Positions 20,057 through 29,515 of a stretch of DNA of 64,000 bases are shown one piece after another. A program made the translations under genes and the position numbers. The stretch lies in the NCBI GenBank assembly GCA_016795105.1, contig JAEUIH010000032.1, positions 1 to 64,000 of the forward strand, read 5' to 3'. Below the pieces are notes generated by a model. That model saw nothing but the letters and a program-made list of their open reading frames with translations, did no database searches and was not told where the DNA came from. The DNA comes from Planctomyces sp. Lineage in GTDB: Bacteria; Planctomycetota; Planctomycetia; Planctomycetales; Planctomycetaceae. Each line of letters opens with the position of its first letter. The stretch's first letter is position 1.

Positions 20057-21454
20057 TCATGCGTATTCGCGATTCTTGACAAGACCTGGCAGTGGAATCG
20101 GGTACTTACCGTCTGCCTTCGGCATCAGCGGTGAATCAGATTCCATGGTCAGCTGATCAATGTTCGGTCCGAATTCGTGATCGGAGTTCATGATCTGATC
20201 GAGTGTGATCAGCTGGCCGGTGTGAGCCGCCATTCGACCCATCGAAGTTACGATACTTGCCATACAACCTCGTTCCACTTCGTTGTACGGTTTGTTCTCG
20301 CGAATTGCTGCGATGAGGTGATTCCACTCGAGCTGGTATGGATTTGGTTCCGGCTGAGGAAATGCCCAAAGCAGATTTGCTTCGTCTTCTTTGTGGCCCT
20401 TGTAGATTCGGCACTTGGCAGGCGAATGTGACGCCGAGGAAATGATGCCGAGCCCCTTAGTTCCATGCGCGTAACTTGCGAATTCCTGGTGACATCCAGG
20501 TATCGTACGACCATCAACAAACAGCTTGGTACCGTCTTTGAAGGTATACTCCATGGAGTAGCTGTCAAAGTTCTGGTCAACACTGTCGCCTCGATAGTGA
20601 CGACCACCGCAGGCAATTGCTTCAACCGGCCAGTCATCCTTCATCCAGCAGGATTCGTCGATATTGTGAATCAGGAAGTCACTGACAGCGCCACCGCTGA
20701 GCCACAGAAAACCGTGGAACTTGCTGATCTGATACATCAAATCGCTCATGCCTTCCGGCTTTGGGCCAGCTGCCGCAGAACCCGTTGGGCCAGCCATACG
20801 GTATGCTCGCAGCATCGTGATGTCGCCGATCTCTCCATTTCGGATGCGATCATAGAGTTCTTTTCGGGCATCGCAGTGGCGACACATCAGACCAACCGCG
20901 ACCTTGAGGTCTTTTGCTTTGGCCTGTTCATTGAGTGCCAGCATTCGGCGAGTGGCGGGGCCGTCTACAGTGACCGGCTTCTCCATGAAAACGTTGAGGC
21001 CTTTTTCGATCGCGTAGGTGAAGTGAACCCAGCGAAACGCTGGCGGCGTTGTCAGGATCACAACATCGCCGGGCTTCAATACATCCATCGCCTTCTTATA
21101 GGCATCGAATCCAATGAATCGACGATCTTCCGGAACATCCATCCGGCCGTTTTCTGAGAATGACTTTTCGAGATTCTTGAAGCTGTATTCGAGATTCTTT
21201 GGGAACACGTCTGCCATAGCGACCAGCTTGATCGGTCCGTTTTCAACAGAAAGTGCATTCGTTGCAGCTCCGGTACCTCGTCCACCACAGCCAATCAACG
21301 CAACCTGAATGGTTGAATCCTGGCTGGCGAAGAGGCCGGGAGTTGCTGCAAAGGCACTGGGAGTCATCTGGCTGAGAACCGTACCGGCTGCCGCGACGGC
21401 TCCGCTGGCTCTCAGAAACTCCCGTCGGGAACTACTTGTTTCAGATGATGACAT
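20057..21454 (-). CDS. Gfo/Idh/MocA family NAD(P)-dependent oxidoreductase with Tat signal peptide
   Basis: RREFLRASGAVAAAG is a twin-arginine motif, and IGCGGRGTGAATNA is a Rossmann GxGxxG motif. The ATG at 21454 has a GGAG Shine-Dalgarno, and the longer ORF (GTG) runs to 21484. Confidence 0.85.
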   Translation of the reverse strand: MSSSETSSSRREFLRASGAVAAAGTVLSQMTPSAFAATPGLFASQDSTIQVALIGCGGRGTGAATNALSVENGPIKLVAMADVFPKNLEYSFKNLEKSFSENGRMDVPEDRRFIGFDAYKKAMDVLKPGDVVILTTPPAFRWVHFTYAIEKGLNVFMEKPVTVDGPATRRMLALNEQAKAKDLKVAVGLMCRHCDARKELYDRIRNGEIGDITMLRAYRMAGPTGSAAAGPKPEGMSDLMYQISKFHGFLWLSGGAVSDFLIHNIDESCWMKDDWPVEAIACGGRHYRGDSVDQNFDSYSMEYTFKDGTKLFVDGRTIPGCHQEFASYAHGTKGLGIISSASHSPAKCRIYKGHKEDEANLLWAFPQPEPNPYQLEWNHLIAAIRENKPYNEVERGCMASIVTSMGRMAAHTGQLITLDQIMNSDHEFGPNIDQLTMESDSPLMPKADGKYPIPLPGLVKNREYA

Positions 21455-21490
21455 ATCGCACGCTCCTGAAAAAATAAGAATCACGCCTGT

Positions 21491-22675
21491 CTATTCAAAC
21501 TCAACCGGATCCAACTGAATGGGCTCAGATTTATCCCATCTCACAGCCTTCTCTTCTTCACCTGGTTCAGTCAGTGGCCGAACAACTCGGAAACCAACAC
21601 CAAGCGCGTCCGTAAAATACCAGATGCTCTGAGGCACCTGAGGATCCTGTTCTTTCCACTGAAGCGATGAACCTTCACGAGCAGCACTGCGAAGCATGCG
21701 AGGCGCATCGTCCCAGCCGCCGCCTCGAACAATTCGAGGATATTCCGTCAGAGGAATGACCAGAGGATTCACCACTTCACCGCCGGCCCGAAGCCGATAT
21801 GTATCCGACGAATACTGATCAAGTACCCATTCTGCAACATTGCCATGCATATCATGCAGGCCCCATGGATTCGGTTTTTTCTGACCGACTCGCTGATACT
21901 TACCATCACTGTTTTCTTCAAACCAGGCGTATTCTCCCAGCACTGAAGCATCATCACCAAATGAATATGCGGTCGTTGTACCTGCCCGGCATGCATACTC
22001 CCACTCGGCCTCGGTCGGCAGTCGGTAATAGCGTCCTGTCTTTGCCGAAAGCCACTGACAATACATGCGAGCAGCATGCTGAGTCATACAGATGGCGGGA
22101 TGAGTTTCCTTGCCCATCGAAAAGCTCATGTCGGTATAGGGAGGAGTGGGTCGAGTCACGGCGTCTGCAACGGCATCTCGGGGAGTTGCCGATGTACCAA
22201 ATGCCGCGCGACGATAGTAATCCATCTTCTCGCACCAGACATCGTACTGATCCCAGGTGATTTCAAACTTTGCAATCCAGAATGGACCAACCTGAACTTC
22301 GTGCAGTGGTCCTTCGTCGTCGCCACGTTCTGCTTCGCCGTCCGGACTTCCCATCATGAATTTTCCACCCTTGATCGGAATCATTTCAATCACAGGATCG
22401 GTGTGCTCGATGATTTCCGAATATGGCTTCATCTCTGCTTCGGTTGAGGCCACAGCATCCGGAATGATGATGGGTTCCGTCTTCGGATACACAGGAAGCT
22501 TGTCGTCCTCTGCCCCTTCCGAGGACGTCGCCACTGCGGGAGTTGACGGAGCCTCTTCACTGTGGGCTGTTTTCCAGCCCCAACCACTGAAAACAATCAC
22601 CGCGAACACAAAGATGACACCGGACACCAGGACGTGATGTGATCCGGACGCGAGAGATTTCGCGCGGAACAACAT
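21491..22675 (-). CDS. Formylglycine-generating enzyme (FGE/SUMF1) family protein, membrane-anchored
   Basis: The FGE-sulfatase domain is marked by GGKFMMGSP...[12 protein letters not shown]...[25 protein letters not shown]...[14 protein letters not shown]...RIVRGGGW, with an N-terminal TM helix. The start at 22675 is ATG. Confidence 0.8.
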   Translation of the reverse strand: MLFRAKSLASGSHHVLVSGVIFVFAVIVFSGWGWKTAHSEEAPSTPAVATSSEGAEDDKLPVYPKTEPIIIPDAVASTEAEMKPYSEIIEHTDPVIEMIPIKGGKFMMGSPDGEAERGDDEGPLHEVQVGPFWIAKFEITWDQYDVWCEKMDYYRRAAFGTSATPRDAVADAVTRPTPPYTDMSFSMGKETHPAICMTQHAARMYCQWLSAKTGRYYRLPTEAEWEYACRAGTTTAYSFGDDASVLGEYAWFEENSDGKYQRVGQKKPNPWGLHDMHGNVAEWVLDQYSSDTYRLRAGGEVVNPLVIPLTEYPRIVRGGGWDDAPRMLRSAAREGSSLQWKEQDPQVPQSIWYFTDALGVGFRVVRPLTEPGEEEKAVRWDKSEPIQLDPVEFE

Positions 22676-22858
22676 GAGAGGCAACCTTTCAGAAGGTGGG
22701 ATCGGCGGGTAGGATGGCGAAAAACACGCCAACATGCAGGACCTGATCCTAACGTCCCGAGAGGCCAAAGTCTCGCGAAAGTACGAAAAAACAGCCACTG
22801 TACACAAGGTCCGGCGAATCTCCCGGAATCCCCCAACTCAAGCTGCAAAGTTTAACGG

Positions 22859-22954
22859 CTAGCCGCAGGCGGCAGCGCGCAACTAGCCGCAGGCGGCAGT
22901 GTGCAGCTAGCCGCAGGCGGCAGTGTGCAGCTAGCCGCAGGAAGCTGCGAGCAG
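22859..22954. repeat. Intergenic tandem repeat, four copies of a 24-bp unit (CTAGCCGCAGGCGGCAGTGTGCAG)
   Basis: Direct reading shows two identical central copies and degenerate outer copies. Both ORFs overlapping this region (LRLAAHCR-type) are artefacts of the repeat. Confidence 0.7.
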
Positions 22955-22964
22955 CAGCCAACTC

Positions 22965-24404
22965 CTAGAGTTCAGGTTCCGCATTCACAACTTCGGTCTT
23001 TCCTGCGTCTCCAGTCTCAGGATCTCCGGACTCAACATCGTCCGATTCGAGTTGCTGACCGGGGATCGGTTCACTGTCGCTGCCAGCCAGAGGCGGTTCC
23101 GGAACGACATATGTTCTGGTGACTCTGCTTGCCCCCGAAACACCTGTGATTTCAATTCCACCGATCGTCTGACCTGCCGAAATCAGCGGTATGTTGCCTG
23201 AACGCCCTGGCATCGGTGCCTTGTACCGCAACTTCTGGCCACCACCGGACACTTCGATGTATTCGAACTGTTCCTCGCATCGAATTGTGATCCTCGGTCC
23301 TTTCCCTGGCGTTCGATCAAGTCCAAGAATTTGCAGAGGATCAGACGCTGGTTCACTTAGCGGTTCACCCAAAGAAATGTCCCGCACAGCTTCCAGTTCG
23401 TCGGCACTACGATTTGAAGATTCTGCCTGAACACTCTCAAACTTGCTTCCGGAAGCGCTGCGATCTCTGCGGCCTGCCAGCTGTTCGGCTTTTTCTTTCG
23501 GTTCATCGGCTTCCTCAGACGTATCATCTTTTGACCTTCGTGGACTCTGACTCCGACGCTGACGTGGCTCTGAAAACTGGTCTTGAGTATCCAGCCCTGA
23601 GAACCCACGCAGACTGTCAGCGATCGGACTCGAGTATTGTCCTCCGGCACTTTGCCCCCCTGAACCACCGGAAGGAAATCCGTTCGACGGAAACCCCGAG
23701 CCCGAATTGAAGCCGGATCCCTGGGATTGTGGCCCAAAGGCGGATGGTGACCCAAACGCCGGAATTCCGCCCGATAACATACTCATAGGGTTCATCCCCG
23801 CGCCCAGCCCTGTAGGCAACCCCTGGCCTTCTGCTACTTCCGAACCTTCCGGCTGCAACACGGTTTCGGGATCACCGGAGCCCTGGGATTTCTTTTTGGC
23901 TTTACGTTTCTTCGCAGCTTTGGATGTCTTTGGTTCTGCTTCAGGATCATTTGGGTCCGGTTCCGGATCACCGCCCGCTACTGGTTCAGGTTCCGTACCG
24001 GTCACAGGTTCCTTTGTTGGGTCCGGACCGTTCACCGGAACCGGCTCCTGAGGCCCTCCGGTGCCAGGCTCCTGCGGTGCAGGATCAATGGGCTTCGAAC
24101 CTTCCACACTGTCAGCAGCCGCATGAAAACCAGAGTCCTGAGACTTATCTCCGTAGGGCTGCATCCCCGCTGGCGAAGTAGAAAATGGAACTGAACTCGT
24201 CGTACCCACAGAATTGCCGGACGCAGAGGCCAGTAATTCTGCGAACTTCTGCTGGCTCTGCTCCTGCATTAAGCGGCCGACGTTCAGCAATCCCACCAGG
24301 ATCACCGCTGCGACAGCAACAATGAGGGTGGACTGCAACGGGGCATTCCCAGGATTCGAATCGTGAAATCGCCGTATCTTCGCCTTTAGCCGACCGCCGA
24401 TCAT
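22965..24404 (-). CDS. Hypothetical membrane-anchored low-complexity (Pro/Gly/Ser/Glu-rich) protein, downstream of and co-directional with the Ser/Thr kinase
   Basis: A 479-aa ORF with N-terminal TM helix (LIVAVAAVILVGLL), a long disordered PEP/GSG-rich region and a C-terminal ~100 aa ordered segment. Confidence 0.5.
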   Translation of the reverse strand: MIGGRLKAKIRRFHDSNPGNAPLQSTLIVAVAAVILVGLLNVGRLMQEQSQQKFAELLASASGNSVGTTSSVPFSTSPAGMQPYGDKSQDSGFHAAADSVEGSKPIDPAPQEPGTGGPQEPVPVNGPDPTKEPVTGTEPEPVAGGDPEPDPNDPEAEPKTSKAAKKRKAKKKSQGSGDPETVLQPEGSEVAEGQGLPTGLGAGMNPMSMLSGGIPAFGSPSAFGPQSQGSGFNSGSGFPSNGFPSGGSGGQSAGGQYSSPIADSLRGFSGLDTQDQFSEPRQRRSQSPRRSKDDTSEEADEPKEKAEQLAGRRDRSASGSKFESVQAESSNRSADELEAVRDISLGEPLSEPASDPLQILGLDRTPGKGPRITIRCEEQFEYIEVSGGGQKLRYKAPMPGRSGNIPLISAGQTIGGIEITGVSGASRVTRTYVVPEPPLAGSDSEPIPGQQLESDDVESGDPETGDAGKTEVVNAEPEL

Positions 24405-24491
24405 GGCAGGCTCCTGTTCTGAAAGTATTCCGGAATGGACTTGCTTTCAAAACAGATCAACATCTCGTGGCAGATCAGGACATCAATTCTT

Positions 24492-27400
24492 CTATGGTGT
24501 ACTCGGGACAGCTTTCGGAACCGGAACTTCGGCCGCAGGTTCAGAAGTGACTTCGTCGGAACGGTCCTCGACAGCGATCAGCCGATGAACTGCGTCGATT
24601 GCCCGCTTCCGCCAGAATTCGGTTTGAACCACTCGTTCGGCAGATACTTCTGGCTGCTTCAGTATCTGATCTGCAAAATTGACTGCCTCGGTTTCGCGTC
24701 CGGCAACTGTGAGAGCCTTCAGTCGGAGATCATCCCAGGTTTGCTGTGCTTCCGGATACATCTGACTGGCTCGCTGAATCGCTATCAGGCTCGTCTCAAA
24801 CTCTCCACCTGCCAGAAGATTGTTTACCAGAAACGGAACTCGACCTCCATGGAAGTCTGACGCCACTGCCACCCATCGTTTTGCCGCGTCGGAAGACGCA
24901 CGAAGGTCAGACGGATCATCCGTCTGAGAATATTTGCCCGCATAACACATCGACAGACAGTAAAGGACCTCGGGCTTGACCTGTGAATAGATGGACGGCG
25001 CTCGCTCTGCTTCTTCCAACTCCGGAATGGCCTCCGCGAACTCTCCCTTCGGCAATCTTGTTACGGCTTTCAGAAAGGGGAATATCGCATCATTTTCAAA
25101 TGGTGACGCATCGGCCATTTCATCAAGCATGGTTCGAAACGGCCCACTTTGTCCAATCAGTAACATTGCTGACACAGCTGCAAATCGTCCGCCGAAGTAC
25201 ACAAGTTTTCCCGAAGTTGATGACTCAGAAACCACTCCCTGCATCCCAAGTCCGCGTCCAAGTTCTGACAGACCTTCATCGAGGAGTGAGTCGTCCTCAG
25301 AAAACGATTCCAGAATCCCACCAATTTCCCATGCAACCTTCAGGAATTCCATAGGTGCCAACGCACCTGTATCCCATTGCGTCAGTAGCATTGAAGTTCT
25401 GCTCATTAAATCGAACGTTGAGTTCAACCTGTTGATATCTCCCTCTGCCAGCATCCCTCGCAAACGTTCAAGCTGTGGCGCGATCTCATCTCTGCGACCC
25501 TCCAGAGTAAGAGACAGCGCCACCGCGACTTCAGTCTCCGGTTCCTGATCAACCAGCACCCGAACGAGTGCTGCCTGTTCCCGAACCTCAGCATGTCGTC
25601 CGTCAAACAATAAACAGGCCATCAACAGCTTCCTGGCCGAAACGGATCGTGGATATTTATCGAGCAGTTCTTCGAGAGCCGGGATTGCCTCGGCGCGTGA
25701 CGTCATCGTGAGTACCTTTGTCAGCAATCGGTACTCATCCGGCAAATGGTCGGCAAGTTCACTGCTCAACAACTCACTGGCGGATGCTCGTTCATCGATC
25801 AGTCCTGGACTCATTCTCACGAGCCAGAACTTCTCCAGAGCACGATGCTCCAGTGAGCGCGGCTTTACTGTCTTTAGCAATTCACGAGTCTCTGCAAACC
25901 GCTGCATTGAATATAGGGTCTCGATCCGGGCGAACTGGAGTGCACAACGACTGTCGTCATCCATCACATCCTGCTGCAACGCCTCATTCAGCGAATTGAG
26001 TTTCGCCTCAGTGGCATCTCTTCCCGTGTTCGACTTCCCAACAAGTTCCGACATGATTCGGTCGCGCTTCGCAGATTTCAGTTCGGCCTCAGTCGCTCGA
26101 TTCTTTTCTGCATCAATATCAGCCTTAAGCTGAAACTCCTTCTTTTCTGCGGCGTTTGCGGCCATCGCCAGATCTGAATTTGCCTTGACGATTCCGGCGA
26201 TCAGCAATCCGATGACTGCTGTAGTCACACCCATCACAGCGGTCACAAGCAGCTTGTTGCGAACTGTAAATCGGCTTGCAATGTACCAGGCGGATGGCTT
26301 GCGAGCGAGAATCGGAAGATGAACAAGATGCCTCCGGAGGTCCTCAGCAAACTCACCAACCGATTGATATCGCTGACCCACATCCTTCATCAGGCCTTTT
26401 GCCAGAATGAGATCCAGGTCTCCAGTCAATTCGCGGATGTATCCGGAAAGCTGATCCTGGGTCAGGCTGATTTTGGCGAGTGAATCAGGTTCCGGTTCCC
26501 GCAGTCGCGCACTCATCAGCGGCACGGATTCGTTCTGAATCACCCTGACCACTTCCGGAAGAGAAGCACCCCTAAGCTTCGAAAGGTCGAGTGTCGGCAT
26601 GCCGGTCAGCAACTCATACAGCACGGCAGCAAGTGAATAAACATCCGTTCGAGTATCCACCTGACCTGCGTTACCGCCAGCCTGTTCGGGACTCATATAA
26701 CGAATCGTTCCCAGAATCTGACCGGCTCCTGTTTCGTGAAATCGAGTCTGGTCATTCTCATCAATCAGCTTGGCCAGTCCAAAGTCGATCACTTTAACGG
26801 TGGGTCGTGTTCCTTCAGGACCCGGACTGACCAGAATATTCCCAGGCTTGATGTCGCGATGTAGAATGCCTCTCTGATGTGCATGCTGAATCGCATCGCA
26901 GATGGCGAGCACCAGGTTGATTCGATCGCGGAGTGTGCTTCGGAATTCCTGACAGTACTGCGTCACCGGCATTCCCTCGACGTACTCCATCACAAAGTAG
27001 GGATGTCCGTCCGGAGTCTGGCCGGCTTCCAGCAGGTGAGCGATGCACGGATGATTCATTTTCGCCAGTGACTGACGCTCCAGCTTAAACCGCTGAAGTG
27101 CTTCATCAGTGATCCTGGCCACCTGAATCATCTTGATGGCGACCTTACGACGAACCGGCTCCTTCTGCTCCGCGAGATAAACGGTTCCCATCCCGCCTTC
27201 GCCAATCTTGTTCTTCAGCTCGAACGGCCCAAGCCTGGCTCCTGATAAGCGAACGATGTCGATCCATGGAGACTCGGCGTCAAAGTCCTGTGCGATTGCT
27301 TCCCCAGTGGAAATGGTTCTTGTTCGACCTGACGAAGCGCCATCGGGCATCTGAGTTCGCTCAGTGGGAATCTCGTCCACTGGATCCGTGTCCTGATTGC

Positions 27401-27698
27401 AGTCCGAAGAATCCCGGATCGCAGGTGTCGCATAGCGGTTGATGCCAACAGGTAGAGTCGCCGGAACTACTTCATCACTCAGCCATTTCACGCACTGCCG
27501 GATAAACAGCGCCTGATCTTCTCGCTCCAGACTCCCAGCGAAATCCCGGAGCTGTTCGATCACTTTATCTCTGCCATTCACTCGACTTCCCCCCCACATG
27601 CACAAGCGTTGCGTTGACTCATAAAAAGGGGCCACTTCCTGCAGCATCCTTCGGTGACGAATTCTCTGCAGACTGACCACCAATGCACGCAAAAACAC
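24492..27698 (-). CDS. Serine/threonine protein kinase with a TM segment and a large C-terminal TPR-like repeat region
   Basis: Hanks kinase motifs: glycine loop GEGGMGTVYLA, VAIK, HRDIKPGNIL, DFGLA and SPEQ. A TM helix (LLVTAVMGVTTAVIGLLIAGIV) is followed by ~550 aa of helical repeats. The precise start is uncertain (GTG at 27698, or ATG at 27647 or 27599). Confidence 0.85.
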   Translation of the reverse strand: MFLRALVVSLQRIRHRRMLQEVAPFYESTQRLCMWGGSRVNGRDKVIEQLRDFAGSLEREDQALFIRQCVKWLSDEVVPATLPVGINRYATPAIRDSSDCNQDTDPVDEIPTERTQMPDGASSGRTRTISTGEAIAQDFDAESPWIDIVRLSGARLGPFELKNKIGEGGMGTVYLAEQKEPVRRKVAIKMIQVARITDEALQRFKLERQSLAKMNHPCIAHLLEAGQTPDGHPYFVMEYVEGMPVTQYCQEFRSTLRDRINLVLAICDAIQHAHQRGILHRDIKPGNILVSPGPEGTRPTVKVIDFGLAKLIDENDQTRFHETGAGQILGTIRYMSPEQAGGNAGQVDTRTDVYSLAAVLYELLTGMPTLDLSKLRGASLPEVVRVIQNESVPLMSARLREPEPDSLAKISLTQDQLSGYIRELTGDLDLILAKGLMKDVGQRYQSVGEFAEDLRRHLVHLPILARKPSAWYIASRFTVRNKLLVTAVMGVTTAVIGLLIAGIVKANSDLAMAANAAEKKEFQLKADIDAEKNRATEAELKSAKRDRIMSELVGKSNTGRDATEAKLNSLNEALQQDVMDDDSRCALQFARIETLYSMQRFAETRELLKTVKPRSLEHRALEKFWLVRMSPGLIDERASASELLSSELADHLPDEYRLLTKVLTMTSRAEAIPALEELLDKYPRSVSARKLLMACLLFDGRHAEVREQAALVRVLVDQEPETEVAVALSLTLEGRRDEIAPQLERLRGMLAEGDINRLNSTFDLMSRTSMLLTQWDTGALAPMEFLKVAWEIGGILESFSEDDSLLDEGLSELGRGLGMQGVVSESSTSGKLVYFGGRFAAVSAMLLIGQSGPFRTMLDEMADASPFENDAIFPFLKAVTRLPKGEFAEAIPELEEAERAPSIYSQVKPEVLYCLSMCYAGKYSQTDDPSDLRASSDAAKRWVAVASDFHGGRVPFLVNNLLAGGEFETSLIAIQRASQMYPEAQQTWDDLRLKALTVAGRETEAVNFADQILKQPEVSAERVVQTEFWRKRAIDAVHRLIAVEDRSDEVTSEPAAEVPVPKAVPSTP

Positions 27699-27876
27699 TG
27701 CAGAATTCGGTGCCAGGATCGAGATCGGGAGGCCTGAACGATTGAGAACAATCGTTCTGCTTTGGTGGGATTCAGCCGAATTCCCTGTCCGATTCGTGAG
27801 CCCCGCGTTGATCTTCCAGAAGGTGCCGCTGCGCGCGGCGTTTTTCGTTTTGAGACCTTCTGCAAAGGGGCAACCA

Positions 27877-29064
27877 ATGCATGTAAAACAAGCCCGAATT
27901 CGTCACCTCATTCGAGATCACCATGGTATGGAATCACTCCAGTCCGTGCTGATCCTCGCCGTCGCCGCGATGGTCCTCCTCGGACTGAAACTGTTGTGGA
28001 ATCCAGGATCGTCCGGGGGCGAGGGAATGATGGCTGGAGTCACTGAACTCTTTGAAACTATCTTCAATGGTGGCACTCCAACCGAAAACAACGGCGGCAC
28101 AGAAACCGGTGGGAACGGCAGCAATGGGGGTGGGGAGAACAATGGAACCGGAGGGGCTGGCGGCGGTGGAGAAAACAGCGGACCTGGCGGCCCCGGCGGG
28201 CCGGAGGGCCCCGGCGGTGAAGGTGGTCAAGGCGGTAACGAAGGAACTGGTAACGAAGGAACTGGGGGTGAAGGCAACGGAAGTGGTGACGGAACAGGGA
28301 CCGGAGAAGAAGGTGGACCAGACGGAGGCGACAAACCGGGTGATGACAAAAAGCCTGAAGATGATAAGAAACGCGATGACGGCAGAGTCGATCCTCTCGA
28401 CGCCGACTTTGCGAAGGCACTTGCCAAAGCCGTCGCCGAAAACGCAAAGGAAAAGCGACTCTCTGCCGTAGCCGGTCTGGTGACATCGGCAGAACAAAAT
28501 CTGGCGAAGTCCTCTGAAATCTATCGCGTAACAGAACTGGCAACAGAAGCGGCTCGCAACACGCCCGACCTTCCGTTGGCGGACAAAATCGCTATGGAAA
28601 ATCAGCTTTCAAAAACCCGCATTGATATGTTAAACGCTCGGATCGCCGTGGACGACGCGAAAGCCGGACTTGATTTTGTGAAGACTCAAACAGAACGATT
28701 CTCGCGGGCTGTTGGTGTCATGGGCGCGGTCGACACACTGATGGAAGCAGATCGAAAACGACAGGAACTCGTCGCAAACGGACAATATGCGGAAGCCTGG
28801 CGAGTGACTGTCGGCGGAACGACTCGCTACATCACGGAAGTTGCGACGTCATTCACAGATAAACTCCCTGGCGTCAAGGGGTCGCTCGCATCAGAAGTCT
28901 TTGCCGCCACAGCGGAAGTCGCTGGTCGGCAATTAGCCGACGATACGTTTCCCGCAATGGTGGATATCTCACACTGGCTCTACGAGAAGCCGTGGTGGCC
29001 AAAGAACCGCAGACCTCGATTCCCGCGAGGATACGATCCGGCGAATGATCCAACGCAGAAATGA
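27877..29064 (+). CDS. Flp-prepilin-like N-terminus fused to a long Gly/Glu-rich linker and a ~230-aa alpha-helical C-terminal domain (giant Flp-like pilin or minor pilin)
   Basis: The N-terminus ...IRDHHGMESLQSVLILAVAAMVLLGL parallels the small Flp pilin downstream (FHGEESGNEALQTVAVLATGAIVLVGLL). The ATG at 27877 has an AAGGGG Shine-Dalgarno. A low-complexity GGxGxE region spans roughly residues 95-190. Confidence 0.55.
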   Translation: MHVKQARIRHLIRDHHGMESLQSVLILAVAAMVLLGLKLLWNPGSSGGEGMMAGVTELFETIFNGGTPTENNGGTETGGNGSNGGGENNGTGGAGGGGENSGPGGPGGPEGPGGEGGQGGNEGTGNEGTGGEGNGSGDGTGTGEEGGPDGGDKPGDDKKPEDDKKRDDGRVDPLDADFAKALAKAVAENAKEKRLSAVAGLVTSAEQNLAKSSEIYRVTELATEAARNTPDLPLADKIAMENQLSKTRIDMLNARIAVDDAKAGLDFVKTQTERFSRAVGVMGAVDTLMEADRKRQELVANGQYAEAWRVTVGGTTRYITEVATSFTDKLPGVKGSLASEVFAATAEVAGRQLADDTFPAMVDISHWLYEKPWWPKNRRPRFPRGYDPANDPTQK

Positions 29065-29237
29065 TTGTGCGCGTATGGCGGACGGTACATGAAATGTGCC
29101 TGCTACTTTTTTTAAAAAACAATGTCTGGTTCTGAGCTCAAACGAACATCTGTTTAATGAAGGGGATGAGTCAAACATCCCGGAACAAAAGATCGAAAAT
29201 TGGTTTCCCTCAACTCAGTTCTTTGAAAGGAACTCAC

Positions 29238-29423
29238 ATGTCACGATTCGTACGATCTCTGGTCCGTTTCCATGGTGAAGAGTCCGGTAACGAAGCTCTG
29301 CAGACTGTTGCAGTACTCGCCACCGGAGCCATCGTTCTTGTCGGTCTGCTTGGTGTCTGGAACTCCGATGTTAAGACTGGCGTCGGATCACTCATCAAAG
29401 ATCTGTTCGGCACGAAAGGTTAG
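29238..29423 (+). CDS. flp: Flp/Fap family type IVb prepilin (61 aa)
   Basis: MSRFVRSLVRFHGEESGNEALQTVAVLATGAIVLVGLLGVW fits the Flp pattern F-x-x-D/E-E-S-G-x-x-A-I/L-E/Q-Y/T followed by a hydrophobic helix. AAGGA sits 8 nt upstream of the ATG, and the gene lies immediately upstream of the prepilin peptidase. Confidence 0.6.
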   Translation: MSRFVRSLVRFHGEESGNEALQTVAVLATGAIVLVGLLGVWNSDVKTGVGSLIKDLFGTKG

Positions 29424-29464
29424 CCCACCCGGGCCACCGATCGCTGATCTGGTCAATTCAGGAA

Positions 29465-29497
29465 CGCCCCGGCATCTCCCAATGCCGGGGCGGTTTT
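29465..29497 (+). terminator. Intrinsic terminator/attenuator hairpin after the flp pilin gene
   Basis: An 11-bp stem, CGCCCCGGCAT...ATGCCGGGGCG, encloses a 6-nt loop and is followed by GTTTTCGT. Confidence 0.55.
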
Positions 29498-29515
29498 CGT
29501 AGTGGAGTTCCTTAA

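Noticed and set aside
22859-22954. Possible CRISPR array
   Set aside because: The repeats are directly contiguous with no spacers, there are only 4 copies, and there are no cas genes.
22749-23122. ORFs 22749..22961 (-) and 22901..23122 (+) encoding LRLAAHCR / QLAAGSVQLAAG repeats
   Set aside because: They are translation artefacts of the 24-bp intergenic tandem repeat.
27742-27876. Upstream extension of the giant Flp-like ORF (MRTIVLLWWDSAEF...)
   Set aside because: It would place a 45-aa non-pilin extension before the Flp-like leader. The ATG at 27877 has a strong AAGGGG Shine-Dalgarno and yields a canonical prepilin-type N-terminus.
28052-28543. Multiple overlapping ORFs in both strands within 28050-28550
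   Set aside because: These are frame artefacts of the GGN/GAR low-complexity linker of the giant Flp-like protein.
29096-29237. Upstream part of ORF 29157..29423 (MKGMSQTSRNKRSKIGF...)
   Set aside because: The start at 29238, with AAGGA 8 nt upstream, gives the typical short Flp leader, so the longer version is unlikely.
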